The translations under genes were made by a program, and so were the position numbers. The notes below the pieces were generated by a model. That model was not told the DNA's origin, did not search any database, and worked only from the letters and a program-made list of their open reading frames with translations. A DNA stretch of 63,759 nucleotides, filler included, from Stramenopiles sp. TOSAG23-3 (taxonomy: Eukaryota): assembly GCA_900128585.1 (NCBI GenBank). It is 10 parts of 10 records of this genome, joined end to end, with 100 filler letters (N's around TTAATTAATTAA, not from the genome) between each part and the next. Parts side by side here need not be neighbours in the genome. Positions count along the whole stretch, not along the records: positions 1 to 9,472 come from LT642916.1; positions 9,573 to 19,040 come from LT642917.1; 8 more parts are not named here. One strand, given 5' to 3'. Each line of letters begins with the position of its first letter. Position 1 is the stretch's first letter. Shown here piece by piece: positions 1 to 9,741 of this stretch.

Positions 1-741
1 TGTTCTTGAACTGACACCTTCTTTTTTTCTTTAATTTTAATTACTATAAAAAATAACAGCCAAATTTTTCTTGTTTTAAAATATTTACATTTTTTATGTT
101 TATTTTAGTGGGCTTTATAAAAATTATCGAATTCTTCTTCCACTTGTCTGACGGAGAAGTCCAAGAACCAAGAAGTTGAGAGCCGACTGACTGCTTCCGA
201 AGACGTGTTTGTTGTGTCATTATCGCATTATAATAAGAGAGACACTACATTACATTCAACGAAACGAAAGAAGGTCGCATAAAACAGATCGTGTAGTGAT
301 TTTCCTTTGTTGACTGAAAGAGTCCAATTAATTGTTTCTGTAACTGTTTTTGGATTTCTATTGGTTGTGCCTTTTACTGTATTGTTATACTTCGAGACAG
401 CATCGCAATCAAAATTTCAAAATCATCACGGCAGGTGGTGGTAGTAGGTCTTAATACAATGGAGTACGGTAACACTTAATACAGGGGAATACCATTCAGT
501 TGTGGCAGTTTCTTTTTTCTCTCTTATCTCAACTGTACAACGTGACTGCTAATCGATTTGCATTTGAATCAGAGCTCATGCAAGCTAGCGGTTGAAGTGG
601 AAAACAGCAATCTTCGTTCCCGGGCGGTACTCCCCGTTTCACAACTAAACAAGGGAACGTACACCCGGCGCAAAAGAAGGCGTGCCGTGATCTATTTATC
701 CACGAACAGAGAACCGTCGCAAAGGGGGGTTGGGAACTACT

Positions 742-2520
742 ATGGCCGGGGCACCTAAAAAAGGGCTTACTTCCGTGCAGCCGTATGACGACGAGGAAGA
801 AGACGAGGACGATTTTGACTTTGACGAGGGGCTGCTAGAGTCCCCGAAACGCTCGAAACGAAAGTTAAAAAGAGGCTGCTGTTCACGCTGCATCTTGGAA
901 TTGGAGCATCGTCTAGTTGTCGGGTACAAAGACAAAGGCTTGCAAGACGTTATTGAAAAGTTTCAAATTCGGGACCAGGGGGTCAGTGTCAAAGAACTCT
1001 CGTCGTTTGAGGAGTCCCACAGCATCAGGCACGTAAAGGACGCCGACAAAGACCATGCGAAACGAACTAGCTGTTGCCCGTTCCCGATATTTCCCAATTC
1101 GAAAACGCGGGCAATCGTCGACATGGCCATGATCCTATGCGTAGTGATCGACGCATTTTACATCCCTTTCAGCGTCGCATTTATCGACAGCAATACGGTC
1201 AAATGGGAGCAACAGCTTCTTGCGGAGAGCATCATCGACGGGATTTTCTTGCTCGACTGGGCGTCCTATTTTGTGACTGCCTACGTGGCCGGGGACGCTG
1301 CCATTGAAGTTCGGATCACGCACATATTTTGGAACTATTTACGGAGCTGGAAGTTTGTGTTGAACCTCTTGTGCGCGTTTCCGTTCCAGTTGCTGGCCTA
1401 CTTCAACCAAACCTCTTTCGACGGATACAAGCTCTTCAGTTTAATTCGTATTGTTCGACTTTATGACCTTTTCCCCGTAGTGTTCCGCTGGTTTAGCGGG
1501 TCTGCATTGTTCGACGGGTGCATGAACAAGATGCGAATCTCTCGGAAGGGGTTTATATTTGAAATTTTAAAGCTGCTCGTCGCGCTGCTGATACTGTTGC
1601 ATTTTAGTGGATGCTGGTGGATAATTGTGAACAAGCAGTTCGACGAGGAGGCCCACAATGCCTGGTTGGAATCGCATCATATTCAACAGGGAGATGGGTA
1701 CTTCGATTCCGAAACTTTGAACGTCTACTTGGTGTCCATAGAAACAGTCGTCGGGTGTCTGATCGGCGAAACTTCCGATTTTTCGTCCAACGCGCAGAAG
1801 TTGAACGCGCTCGTATTTCAAATAGGAGGAATTTTTGTCATTGCGTACATTTTTGGAAAAGTGGCGATCATTTTGCACGATCTCCACACCCGCACGTACA
1901 CGTACAACGAAAAGATTGCACGAGTGACCCAGACCATGGAGTACTTGAGGTTACCGAAAGCGACGCAGTACAGAGTGCGCAAATACTACGAGTACCTCTG
2001 GTCGCAGTTCGGAGGGTTTGACCAAAACATGGCAAACAAGCTCGCCAGCGAAGTTTCGGAACCGCTCGGGCTAGAAATGTCTTTGTATTTGCACGAGAAA
2101 CAGATGAGAGGAATCTCCATTTTTAAGGACATTGGGCGAGAAGTCATCAAGTCACTGGTCCAGCAGATGCAAGTGGAAATATACATGCCTGGCGATTACA
2201 TCGCGAGAAAAGGGGAAAGGGTGAACAAACTCTTCATGGTAACCCGAGGGCGATGTGAATTGATAGAAAACACGGCGGATGGAACGCACGTGGAGATCAT
2301 CAGGCGGTTGAAGGAAGGTGACCACTTTGGGGAAATTAGCTTGTTGGACGGGCGTAAATGCGAAGCGACGGTGAGGGCAGTGACGTACTGCAACTTTAAC
2401 ACGATTTCGAAGTATGCATTCCAAGTAATACGGAAAGCCCATCCAAGCTACGGCGCTACGTTGGATAAAATTATGATCCAACAAATTCAAATTCGGGGAG
2501 CCGCAAAGACTGTGGGGTAA
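742..2520 (+). CDS. Cyclic-nucleotide-binding-domain cation channel (CNG/HCN/KCNH superfamily)
   Basis: Six hydrophobic segments, S4-like LIRIVRL, pore segment VGCLIGET, C-linker (QTMEYLRLPKATQYRVRKYYEYLW) and CNBD (YMPGDYIARKGE...HFGEISLL...ATVRAVTYC). First ATG at 742. Confidence 0.9.
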   Translation: MAGAPKKGLTSVQPYDDEEEDEDDFDFDEGLLESPKRSKRKLKRGCCSRCILELEHRLVVGYKDKGLQDVIEKFQIRDQGVSVKELSSFEESHSIRHVKDADKDHAKRTSCCPFPIFPNSKTRAIVDMAMILCVVIDAFYIPFSVAFIDSNTVKWEQQLLAESIIDGIFLLDWASYFVTAYVAGDAAIEVRITHIFWNYLRSWKFVLNLLCAFPFQLLAYFNQTSFDGYKLFSLIRIVRLYDLFPVVFRWFSGSALFDGCMNKMRISRKGFIFEILKLLVALLILLHFSGCWWIIVNKQFDEEAHNAWLESHHIQQGDGYFDSETLNVYLVSIETVVGCLIGETSDFSSNAQKLNALVFQIGGIFVIAYIFGKVAIILHDLHTRTYTYNEKIARVTQTMEYLRLPKATQYRVRKYYEYLWSQFGGFDQNMANKLASEVSEPLGLEMSLYLHEKQMRGISIFKDIGREVIKSLVQQMQVEIYMPGDYIARKGERVNKLFMVTRGRCELIENTADGTHVEIIRRLKEGDHFGEISLLDGRKCEATVRAVTYCNFNTISKYAFQVIRKAHPSYGATLDKIMIQQIQIRGAAKTVG

Positions 2521-2698
2521 CTGCCAAAGAGAGTTTAATAAGTAAAAGTTGACCGAGGACAAATGAGTAGATTCATTTTCGCGGTATATGAGGAATCACA
2601 CGCTAACTTTTAATTTACTTTAAATGGCAGCCAATTTTTTGTTTTTCAATTTAATCTCATCAAAATATTTTACCTTTCTGCGCGTCTTCTCTCAAACT

Positions 2699-4813
2699 CT
2701 ACCCAGTCGTTTTCGTCACTATACTTGACAGTGATATGCCCAGGGCTTGGACGGGAGAGAGGGGGTAACGAACGTCCATGGTAAACTCTCTGTTTTCAAC
2801 TCGGCCAAAACGACAATAAATTTCTTCCAAGGCATGCGAGCTAACCAAGAGGTAATTTTTTGAAGAGGCCATGGTTACCCTACCATCGAAGTCCAACGTA
2901 TAAGCCCCAATGGACTCATCAAAATGAGGCTTCTTATTTTCATAAAACGACATGTGCTCGAAATTCCCCTCCTTCCACTGCATAAGTATTTCTTCCTTTG
3001 AATGCAACGGCTTCCAGAGAAACGGCTCTTCCACCTCGTCTGGGCCTTCTACTTCCACCATTTCCGGCAAAATCACGGTCATGTGCCTGGGGCAATCTTT
3101 CGTGTTCGTTATTTGTATGGCCCCGATCTGCTTTCTTTGGGCGGCAAATGGGTCCGCATTTTTCTTCGACGGCGTGCTAAAGACACTGTCGGTTCCCGTG
3201 GCAGCGTGATCGTAAATGTTGAATTGGAGGATTTTACCTGTTTGTGTTTGCTCAAATCTTCCTACCACCTGGTTTTCTGCCCGGATGGTGAACTTGCTCT
3301 TCTTTGACCGAATCATCGACTTGTCACGCTTCGCCGTCATGACAAGGTCTGTGACTGACTTTTCGTCGTAGTCTAAAATCACGAACAGTTCGCTTTGTTT
3401 ATGATCCCCAATGACACGAAAATAGCACATCCCCAATTCTTCTGGGACTGGGTTTAGCAGAAAGTCTTTGAAATTAAACGAGGAGGACGAAAAAAAATTC
3501 CGTAGCTTCCGCGGCATCCGTATCGCATCGTCGCTGGGCGATGGCGATTCTGGCGGTGACTCGTACGGGGACATTTTCCTAGGGAAGTCAGTTTCCATCC
3601 CCAGCTCTTCTAGGGGGCTTGGAGCTCGGGCGCCGTCGGCCTTTGCAGACTTAGGGCTGCTCCGTTCCCTACTGGAGGCACGGCTTCTCTTTGTCGTACC
3701 GTTGTCCAAGAACGAACCGATGTCCGTTGACATTTTCTCACATGAATCGGCAAAGAGTCCCAGCACACCGTCATCAACAGCATGGTCCTTATCAGATTCT
3801 AATATGGCTTTCATGTCATCAAAATGTTTCAGTACCCGAGTAATATGATCGCCCAGGAACAATTTTTCCTTCTTTTTCTTGCTCTTCTTGCGACTCTTTA
3901 CCTTGTCTTGCTTCACTTCCCCCTCCTCGCCGGCATCTTCCTCCTCGTCGTCGTCACCGAAAAAGTCACGAGCAAGCCGACGGGGCGTCTTCTTGTTCGA
4001 GAGAGGCACTCTCCGTTGGTCATCCTCATCATCCTCGTCGTCGTCCCCCATCGTTCCTGGCGGCGGGGCTTTTCGAATCGAGGACATAAGGTCGTGCATA
4101 TCGATGGGCACCACATTGTGAGACTCGTCTTCGTCGCTACTTGCTGACCGAAACACTCGTTCATGCGGACTGTTCATTGCCCCGCTCGGTGCAGAGGCTG
4201 CTGCCATGGCAGTCGGGGACTTGCCCCGCGAGCTATGGTGCAGGTCGACCTTTTTCAACGAGACGTTCAGGTCAAAATTGTTGGCATCGTCGGACGAGTC
4301 CCCGAGCGCGTTGTCCATGGTTTTGCCCTCACTGAAGGTTTCCGCGTCGCGGGTTTCACCCCCATCTTTTTTACTATCCTTTGGGGGCTTAGAACTAGGC
4401 GTCCTCGGGGTAGCCTTGTCCTTTTTTTTCTTCTTTTTCTTGGGATTTTTTTTTGCCTTTGGAACACCTAGCCGGGAGCGCTGGGATCGTGCCCCCATGT
4501 CTAAAAAACTGCCCCCGGCCCCAATATCTTCGTCCGAGTCTCCGCCCATCATAAACAGTCCCGGAGACTGCATGTCTTCGTCAGACGGAGGTCGAAACGG
4601 TTTCGTCTTCTTTTCCTTTGAGCGGCCTTTCTTCGAACTGCTGGAACTACTTTTCTTCTGCCCCCCACTCTCAGACGAGAAGGGGTTCGTACTATTGTTG
4701 TCTGCCCCATCCTTGCCTTCTACCACCGTGCCCTCGCCCGAAGGCGGCGGCTTTGGCCCCGAGCCGCCTCCCGGCGGGCGAGGCTTGCTCTTTTTCTTTC
4801 CGCTACTACTCAT
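2699..4813 (-). CDS. Tubby-domain protein with long low-complexity K/S/D-rich N-terminus
   Basis: C-terminal Tubby signature NKKPHFDESIGAYTLDFDGRVTMASSKNYLL...RFGRV...FTMDVRYPLSPVQALGISLSS. First ATG at 4813. Confidence 0.9.
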   Translation of the reverse strand: MSSSGKKKSKPRPPGGGSGPKPPPSGEGTVVEGKDGADNNSTNPFSSESGGQKKSSSSSSKKGRSKEKKTKPFRPPSDEDMQSPGLFMMGGDSDEDIGAGGSFLDMGARSQRSRLGVPKAKKNPKKKKKKKDKATPRTPSSKPPKDSKKDGGETRDAETFSEGKTMDNALGDSSDDANNFDLNVSLKKVDLHHSSRGKSPTAMAAASAPSGAMNSPHERVFRSASSDEDESHNVVPIDMHDLMSSIRKAPPPGTMGDDDEDDEDDQRRVPLSNKKTPRRLARDFFGDDDEEEDAGEEGEVKQDKVKSRKKSKKKKEKLFLGDHITRVLKHFDDMKAILESDKDHAVDDGVLGLFADSCEKMSTDIGSFLDNGTTKRSRASSRERSSPKSAKADGARAPSPLEELGMETDFPRKMSPYESPPESPSPSDDAIRMPRKLRNFFSSSSFNFKDFLLNPVPEELGMCYFRVIGDHKQSELFVILDYDEKSVTDLVMTAKRDKSMIRSKKSKFTIRAENQVVGRFEQTQTGKILQFNIYDHAATGTDSVFSTPSKKNADPFAAQRKQIGAIQITNTKDCPRHMTVILPEMVEVEGPDEVEEPFLWKPLHSKEEILMQWKEGNFEHMSFYENKKPHFDESIGAYTLDFDGRVTMASSKNYLLVSSHALEEIYCRFGRVENREFTMDVRYPLSPVQALGISLSSIVTKTTG

Positions 4814-5815
4814 CTCTGGTACCAATGTACGTAACCACAATGTTTGCCCAGTTCGTTGGTGGGTATGAATATTCTATTTCTTAAAGAAAGACAGCAAAGA
4901 AAGACAGCATACATCATGCACACAAAATCAATACATGTTAACTTAGACGACTGTCACCCTCTTCTCTCTGTAGAGGAATATTTTCTTGGTACTCCTAAAA
5001 AATACGTTTTAAAAAATAATATAATAATAATAATAATAATAAATACTGAATTAATAAACCACCCTCCTCGTCGCTCGTCGCGTACTACTCGTACTTCTTC
5101 TTTCTTTCTTCTTCTTTCTTCTTCTTCTTCTTTCTTCTTCTTCTTATTTTTTTTGAATATATAAATACACAGCCACCCAGCATATAGTTAGTTTAATAGA
5201 AATAGCAGAGAGATATTATAATAACACAGAATAGATACAGCAGGAGCTTCTCCTTGTACTTCGATAAATAAATAAAACTATTTAAAACAAAGACAGTTAG
5301 AGTTTTGAATAGGTTATTAATTTGAATTTAGAAATAATGAAATATATAGTCTAATAGATTACTATAATAATGTTTATACTTATAAATATCCTATATTTTT
5401 TTCTGTAATCAATTAAATAGAAGAAGAAGAGGTGACAATAATATTTACACAGAACACAAAAACACAATATTAGTTTTTAAATATTTTATTATTACCTTTT
5501 GGTATAATTCAACTAAAGCTCTCTAAGAATGGATAATAAAATCATTCAAAAGAAATTAAACACGTTGGATATATAGGAATATTTGCAAATCATTTCCCAG
5601 TAATCCAGGAGAGACAGAGAGAGTTAGAGGGCTTTGAAGGATTAGTGCAGCGGAGTATAGTTTCAGCAAATACCAAGGTAATACCAGAACAGAGGAGGTT
5701 TTACCCGGACCGTGGCATTTTCGGGCTCGAGGTATCTGGACTACACGCACTGCCCAATTTTCCTGGAGAACTTCGCTGGGCTGGTCCGCCTATGCGCGTG
5801 CGTGGTACCTCAAAT

Positions 5816-6718
5816 ATGTTTGAGGAAAAGTGCGGCTTGGTGTTAATATGTTTTGTTTTATTGGCAATGCGCACGGATTTCGCAGACGGCCGCGAGAAAC
5901 CTCCACCAGGTTGTAGCATTTCCGCCGCCTATCGCTGTGACGATAGCTTGCGAGCTTGTGAAAAGAAAAACAACAGCGTCCACGAAGAGTTCTGTCAATG
6001 CTACGAGCAGTACACGGCATGTCTGGTGGCCATCAACCCGAAAGCATGCATGAGAGGCGCATATTGCTATTTGAATGACCACCGTTGCGTGCATTTCAAC
6101 TGCGCGTTTAATGCAAAACGGTGCCGAAAATGTTTCGCCAGGACCGAGTACGATATGGACGCGGAGCCAGAGGACGATATACTACAGGCCTTTGTTCACC
6201 ACACGGCGATTTCGATTCCCGCCTCACTTGTATTTATTATTGGCGTGTACGTTGGAATTGGGCAGTATAGAAATGTAAAGTATTTTGATAAAACGTGGGG
6301 CTGGGATGCATGCCCACACAAGAATTTTTGGAAGTTGTGGTGCTGCTGCATCATGCCAAAGAAAAAAAGAAAGAAGAAAAAGCGGCGGAAAAGCAAGAAA
6401 AAGTTGTTGAAGAAAGGAAAGGAAAAGACGACAGAACTACCACAGCTGCCAGCAAAGGCCGCAAAACTAGACCTAGAGCAAGGGGAGATAGAGATTGACC
6501 TACAAAACGACGAGGGACGGTACACGTATTCCGATATGGAGGATGGCAGTGTCTCAGGGGATTCCGATGGCGGCGTCGAAAAGTACGTTGGGGATCCTGA
6601 AAATGACGACGGGGGTGGAACTGGCGGGACGTCGGGGGGGATCGATTTCCCCCCGATCAAAGATGAGCACACTGCTTTCGAAGATGAAACTATAAGTGAG
6701 ACATCACAATTTTTGTAA
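5816..6718 (+). CDS. Type I membrane protein: Cys-rich luminal domain, ATG27/CD-MPR-like TM-juxtamembrane segment, basic then acidic tail
   Basis: Hydrophobic leader (GLVLICFVLLAM), Cys-rich domain, TM followed by YVGIGQYRN...GWDACPHKNFW, WCCC, poly-K. Start could be ATG 5792 or 5816. Confidence 0.6.
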   Translation: MFEEKCGLVLICFVLLAMRTDFADGREKPPPGCSISAAYRCDDSLRACEKKNNSVHEEFCQCYEQYTACLVAINPKACMRGAYCYLNDHRCVHFNCAFNAKRCRKCFARTEYDMDAEPEDDILQAFVHHTAISIPASLVFIIGVYVGIGQYRNVKYFDKTWGWDACPHKNFWKLWCCCIMPKKKRKKKKRRKSKKKLLKKGKEKTTELPQLPAKAAKLDLEQGEIEIDLQNDEGRYTYSDMEDGSVSGDSDGGVEKYVGDPENDDGGGTGGTSGGIDFPPIKDEHTAFEDETISETSQFL

Positions 6719-6893
6719 ATTAGGCGTCCGCAAGATCTCCCGCAAACTTTATTAACCCACAAACTTTAAAAAATATTACCACAAGTTGAAAGATAGTTTT
6801 AGATTTATTTTTAGATTATAAATTTTATGATATAATTACTTAAATATCAGCCGATTTTTTGTTTAAGATTTATTTTAATTAATCTCGTCTGTT

Positions 6894-7315
6894 TTACTCG
6901 TTGTACTCTTCATCCAGGACATCATAAAGTGCGCTGTAAACAGTCATGATCTTTGCTGCCTCTTCATTATTGGTTCCCTTGTAGCCGTCAGAGAATTTGT
7001 CCCTCAATGCCTCTGGGAGAAGCGAGATTCGATACTCCGGGTTGTGCACTTGCTCGTATAGATCGTTTAACAATATTTTTGTGCTCTCAACGAGCTCCTT
7101 CGGTGGTGACGTCTGAAAGCTAATTGCTTGGATGATCGATTTAGTAAACTCTGGCTTGCTTAACCCGGCAAACATTTTACTAAATGCAACACGGTGTAAA
7201 TTTGGCACATGGTGTGCCGATTTTTCTTATTTTCGTGTAAAACCTGCGCTTCTTTTCCTAAACCAAAGGATGGATCGCGTAATTGTTTCAAATATTGCTT
7301 CAAAGTCGCTTTGAT
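6894..7315 (-). CDS. Hypothetical protein; 5' structure uncertain (possible frameshift and upstream exon)
   Basis: 104-codon ORF 6894-7208 with protein-like composition. A different frame upstream (IKATLKQYLKQLRDPSFGLGKEAQVLHENKK) meets it at an A5 run (7221-7225) and is preceded by CTAAT-TACAG, which resembles a branch point plus 3' splice site. Confidence 0.45.
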
Positions 7316-7638
7316 CTGTAATTAGTTTGCAGCGCCCACTTGATATATTATGATTTTATTATAAAATAGATACCAGTACCACCATAATAGTATAATATCA
7401 TACTATGGTAGTCTACAACGATGAGAAAAATAAATTGATTATAGATATGATTGTAAACAGCACAAAAGTGTTTGTTGGTTATGATGTTATGATTTGCGAT
7501 TGATTATAAAATTGAAAAACATAAGTACAGAAGGAGAAATTTACTAAACACCTGCAAACCTTTGTACAGAACTTCGTTGCCCCAGAAAACCACCACGATT
7601 GTTTACTCTTGTACACACGCATTAGTAGATAGTGCAGC

Positions 7639-9336
7639 ATGGCTTGGTTTAGAATGACTCCTTCGATTTTCTTGATTTGCCTTTTCGCATGCCTTTGCCA
7701 ACGTTCATGTGTTGCAGAAGGCAGCGAAGTATTGTCTACTCACGCAGTTGTGCTTGGAAACTTCACGTTGCCCAACATTGAGATTACAAAAAAAGCAGGG
7801 GTCTTGCAATCAGTTGAACATTACTGCAATGTGCATAAGCTTGATGTCGGAGTGCGAGTGCATTTGGCCCACCGGCTCCAATACGAACTGAACGGTGAAA
7901 AGAACAGGCCTTTGGAGACAAAATTGGCATTTGCGGCCAAACTATACACCTCCAACGATTATGAAGTGGCCATTGAAATGTATACCGAGTTATTGGCCTC
8001 GCTCTCTATCGTCCACAAAGCCGTTTCACCCCTCATCCTCCGAGATACGCTACTAGGACTCGGGGACAGTTACCTCAAGAAAGGCCAGCTTCAGCTAGCA
8101 AAGAAAATGTACGACAAAGCACTGATTATCCACCCGACTTCTCCCGATGCCTTGGACCGGATGGGGAAATACCTTTTTATGAGGAACAATGTGGACGATT
8201 GCATCATTTACTTATCCAAGGCCCTGGCGATCGTCCCTGACGATCATTTGACCGTGTTGAAGCTGGCCCGTGTGTACGCATTCGGCAAAGGGGACAATAA
8301 ACAAGCCCTCGCGCTGCTTTCAAAAGTACTGGAGGTGTCTCCAAAGATAGTTGTTCTGGCCTGCGCATTGGCCCAATTCCGCGACCTTTCCGCGAATGAA
8401 ACGAAGAGTTTAACGCCTCTGCTTTATTCCGAAAGATTCATTCGTGGTGACGTCCAGCACGAAACGTTTTACCAGGACGTCGAACGTTTCAAGTCGGACA
8501 AAAGTTTGGCCCCATTAATCTCGTTCGCATCTCTGCTAGGAGACCGTTTGGGCGAGACCCGAAGGGTGGTGGAGTTGCTGAAGGGTTGCCTCCGGCCTGC
8601 GACTCCAGAAAAGGCAGATAAAGCAGTTGATACCGCTGAAAATGGAACGAAATACACTCCCTCGGAAATGCATTTGTTTGTATCCTACAAGTCCCCTGAA
8701 ACCTCAGCGGATAGCACGAGCGAGATGTCAATTGTTGCGCACTTAAATAGCAAGGCGGTACTCACTGTGTACATCGTAGCGCAGGCGGGCGACTTCGAAC
8801 AGTTAAAGAGCCAAATCGTGGAGGCGTACGGGCAGAAACTAGCAGCAAAGCTGGAGTTATTTTCGCTGTCTCGGAATCCTACGTATAGCGACATATTTGC
8901 ATTTGCAAACAACAAGTTGGAGCCAGGAAGCATCATCGTGATCGCAAGCAAGGGTGTTCAATTCGACCAATCTTTGGAAAAGCTAATCCAGCACCCCTTT
9001 CCAAAACAGTCTGCTTTCGCGTTGCTGCCCTACGAATCCGATCGTTTGGGGATACCACACATGCAATTTGCGGGGGGGGAATTCGCTGCATTAGTCATTG
9101 AAACACCTGTCACCGTCAGAGTCGATAGATATGTGGGAAGCTACGGGTCTGCAAATTTCGTCACCCATAGGTTGCAACGAAATGGCATTAAGGTTTCGAG
9201 CCCAAGCATTGGAATTCGAGCGGTTCGGTTGGAGAGCGAAAGATTGAAAGTGCCCCCCGATGCCATGTTTGACACCGTGTACGAGGATGGGTTCTCACGG
9301 GTCACCGACCGTTTTATGAATGAAAACGACCTGTGA
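7639..9336 (+). CDS. Secreted TPR protein with C-terminal degenerate glycosyltransferase-like domain
   Basis: Signal peptide; TPR repeats (LGDSYLKKGQLQLAKKMYDKALIIHP, ALDRMG...LSKALAIVP); C-terminal RNPTYSDIFAFANNKL...IIVIASKGVQFDQSL. Confidence 0.7.
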   Translation: MAWFRMTPSIFLICLFACLCQRSCVAEGSEVLSTHAVVLGNFTLPNIEITKKAGVLQSVEHYCNVHKLDVGVRVHLAHRLQYELNGEKNRPLETKLAFAAKLYTSNDYEVAIEMYTELLASLSIVHKAVSPLILRDTLLGLGDSYLKKGQLQLAKKMYDKALIIHPTSPDALDRMGKYLFMRNNVDDCIIYLSKALAIVPDDHLTVLKLARVYAFGKGDNKQALALLSKVLEVSPKIVVLACALAQFRDLSANETKSLTPLLYSERFIRGDVQHETFYQDVERFKSDKSLAPLISFASLLGDRLGETRRVVELLKGCLRPATPEKADKAVDTAENGTKYTPSEMHLFVSYKSPETSADSTSEMSIVAHLNSKAVLTVYIVAQAGDFEQLKSQIVEAYGQKLAAKLELFSLSRNPTYSDIFAFANNKLEPGSIIVIASKGVQFDQSLEKLIQHPFPKQSAFALLPYESDRLGIPHMQFAGGEFAALVIETPVTVRVDRYVGSYGSANFVTHRLQRNGIKVSSPSIGIRAVRLESERLKVPPDAMFDTVYEDGFSRVTDRFMNENDL

Positions 9337-9472
9337 GTGGTAAATCACAGAAAACGATACGGCGGGCACGAAAAAAGAAAAGATACGCTCCCTGTTATTT
9401 ACAAAGTAAGCATTAGACCACTAGTACCCAAAGTTACATATCATAGTAGGGTTGGATTTGAAGTAGTATTTG

Positions 9473-9572
9473 NNNNNNNNNNNNNNNNNNNNNNNNNNNN
9501 NNNNNNNNNNNNNNNNTTAATTAATTAANNNNNNNNNNNNNNNNNNNNNNNNNNNNNNNNNNNNNNNNNNNN
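9473..9572. other. Artificial contig linker N44-TTAATTAATTAA-N44. Identical linkers at 19041-19140, 28602-28701, 38137-38236, 47649-47748, 57161-57260, 58814-58913, 60466-60565, 62113-62212
   Basis: Identical 100-nt spacer with stops in all six frames; ORFs are truncated at these points; flanking segments fall in descending length order. Confidence 0.98.
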
Positions 9573-9741
9573 GTGTCGAAAAATACAACAATAAAAATAA
9601 TTGCTGATACGAACGAAACGGATTGTTCTATGGCTCGCCATGATCAAAATAGAAAGCTTGTGTTCGTGCCCCTAAATTCAGTTCATGACATGTCGAAAGT
9701 TGTTGTCGGGTGAAACATTCACAATGCACAAAAGTACAGCA

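Noticed and set aside
9337-9472. Open frame continuing after the TGA of the TPR gene
   Set aside because: TGA-G context, no recognisable feature in the extension, and it is cut by the contig end; chance is sufficient.
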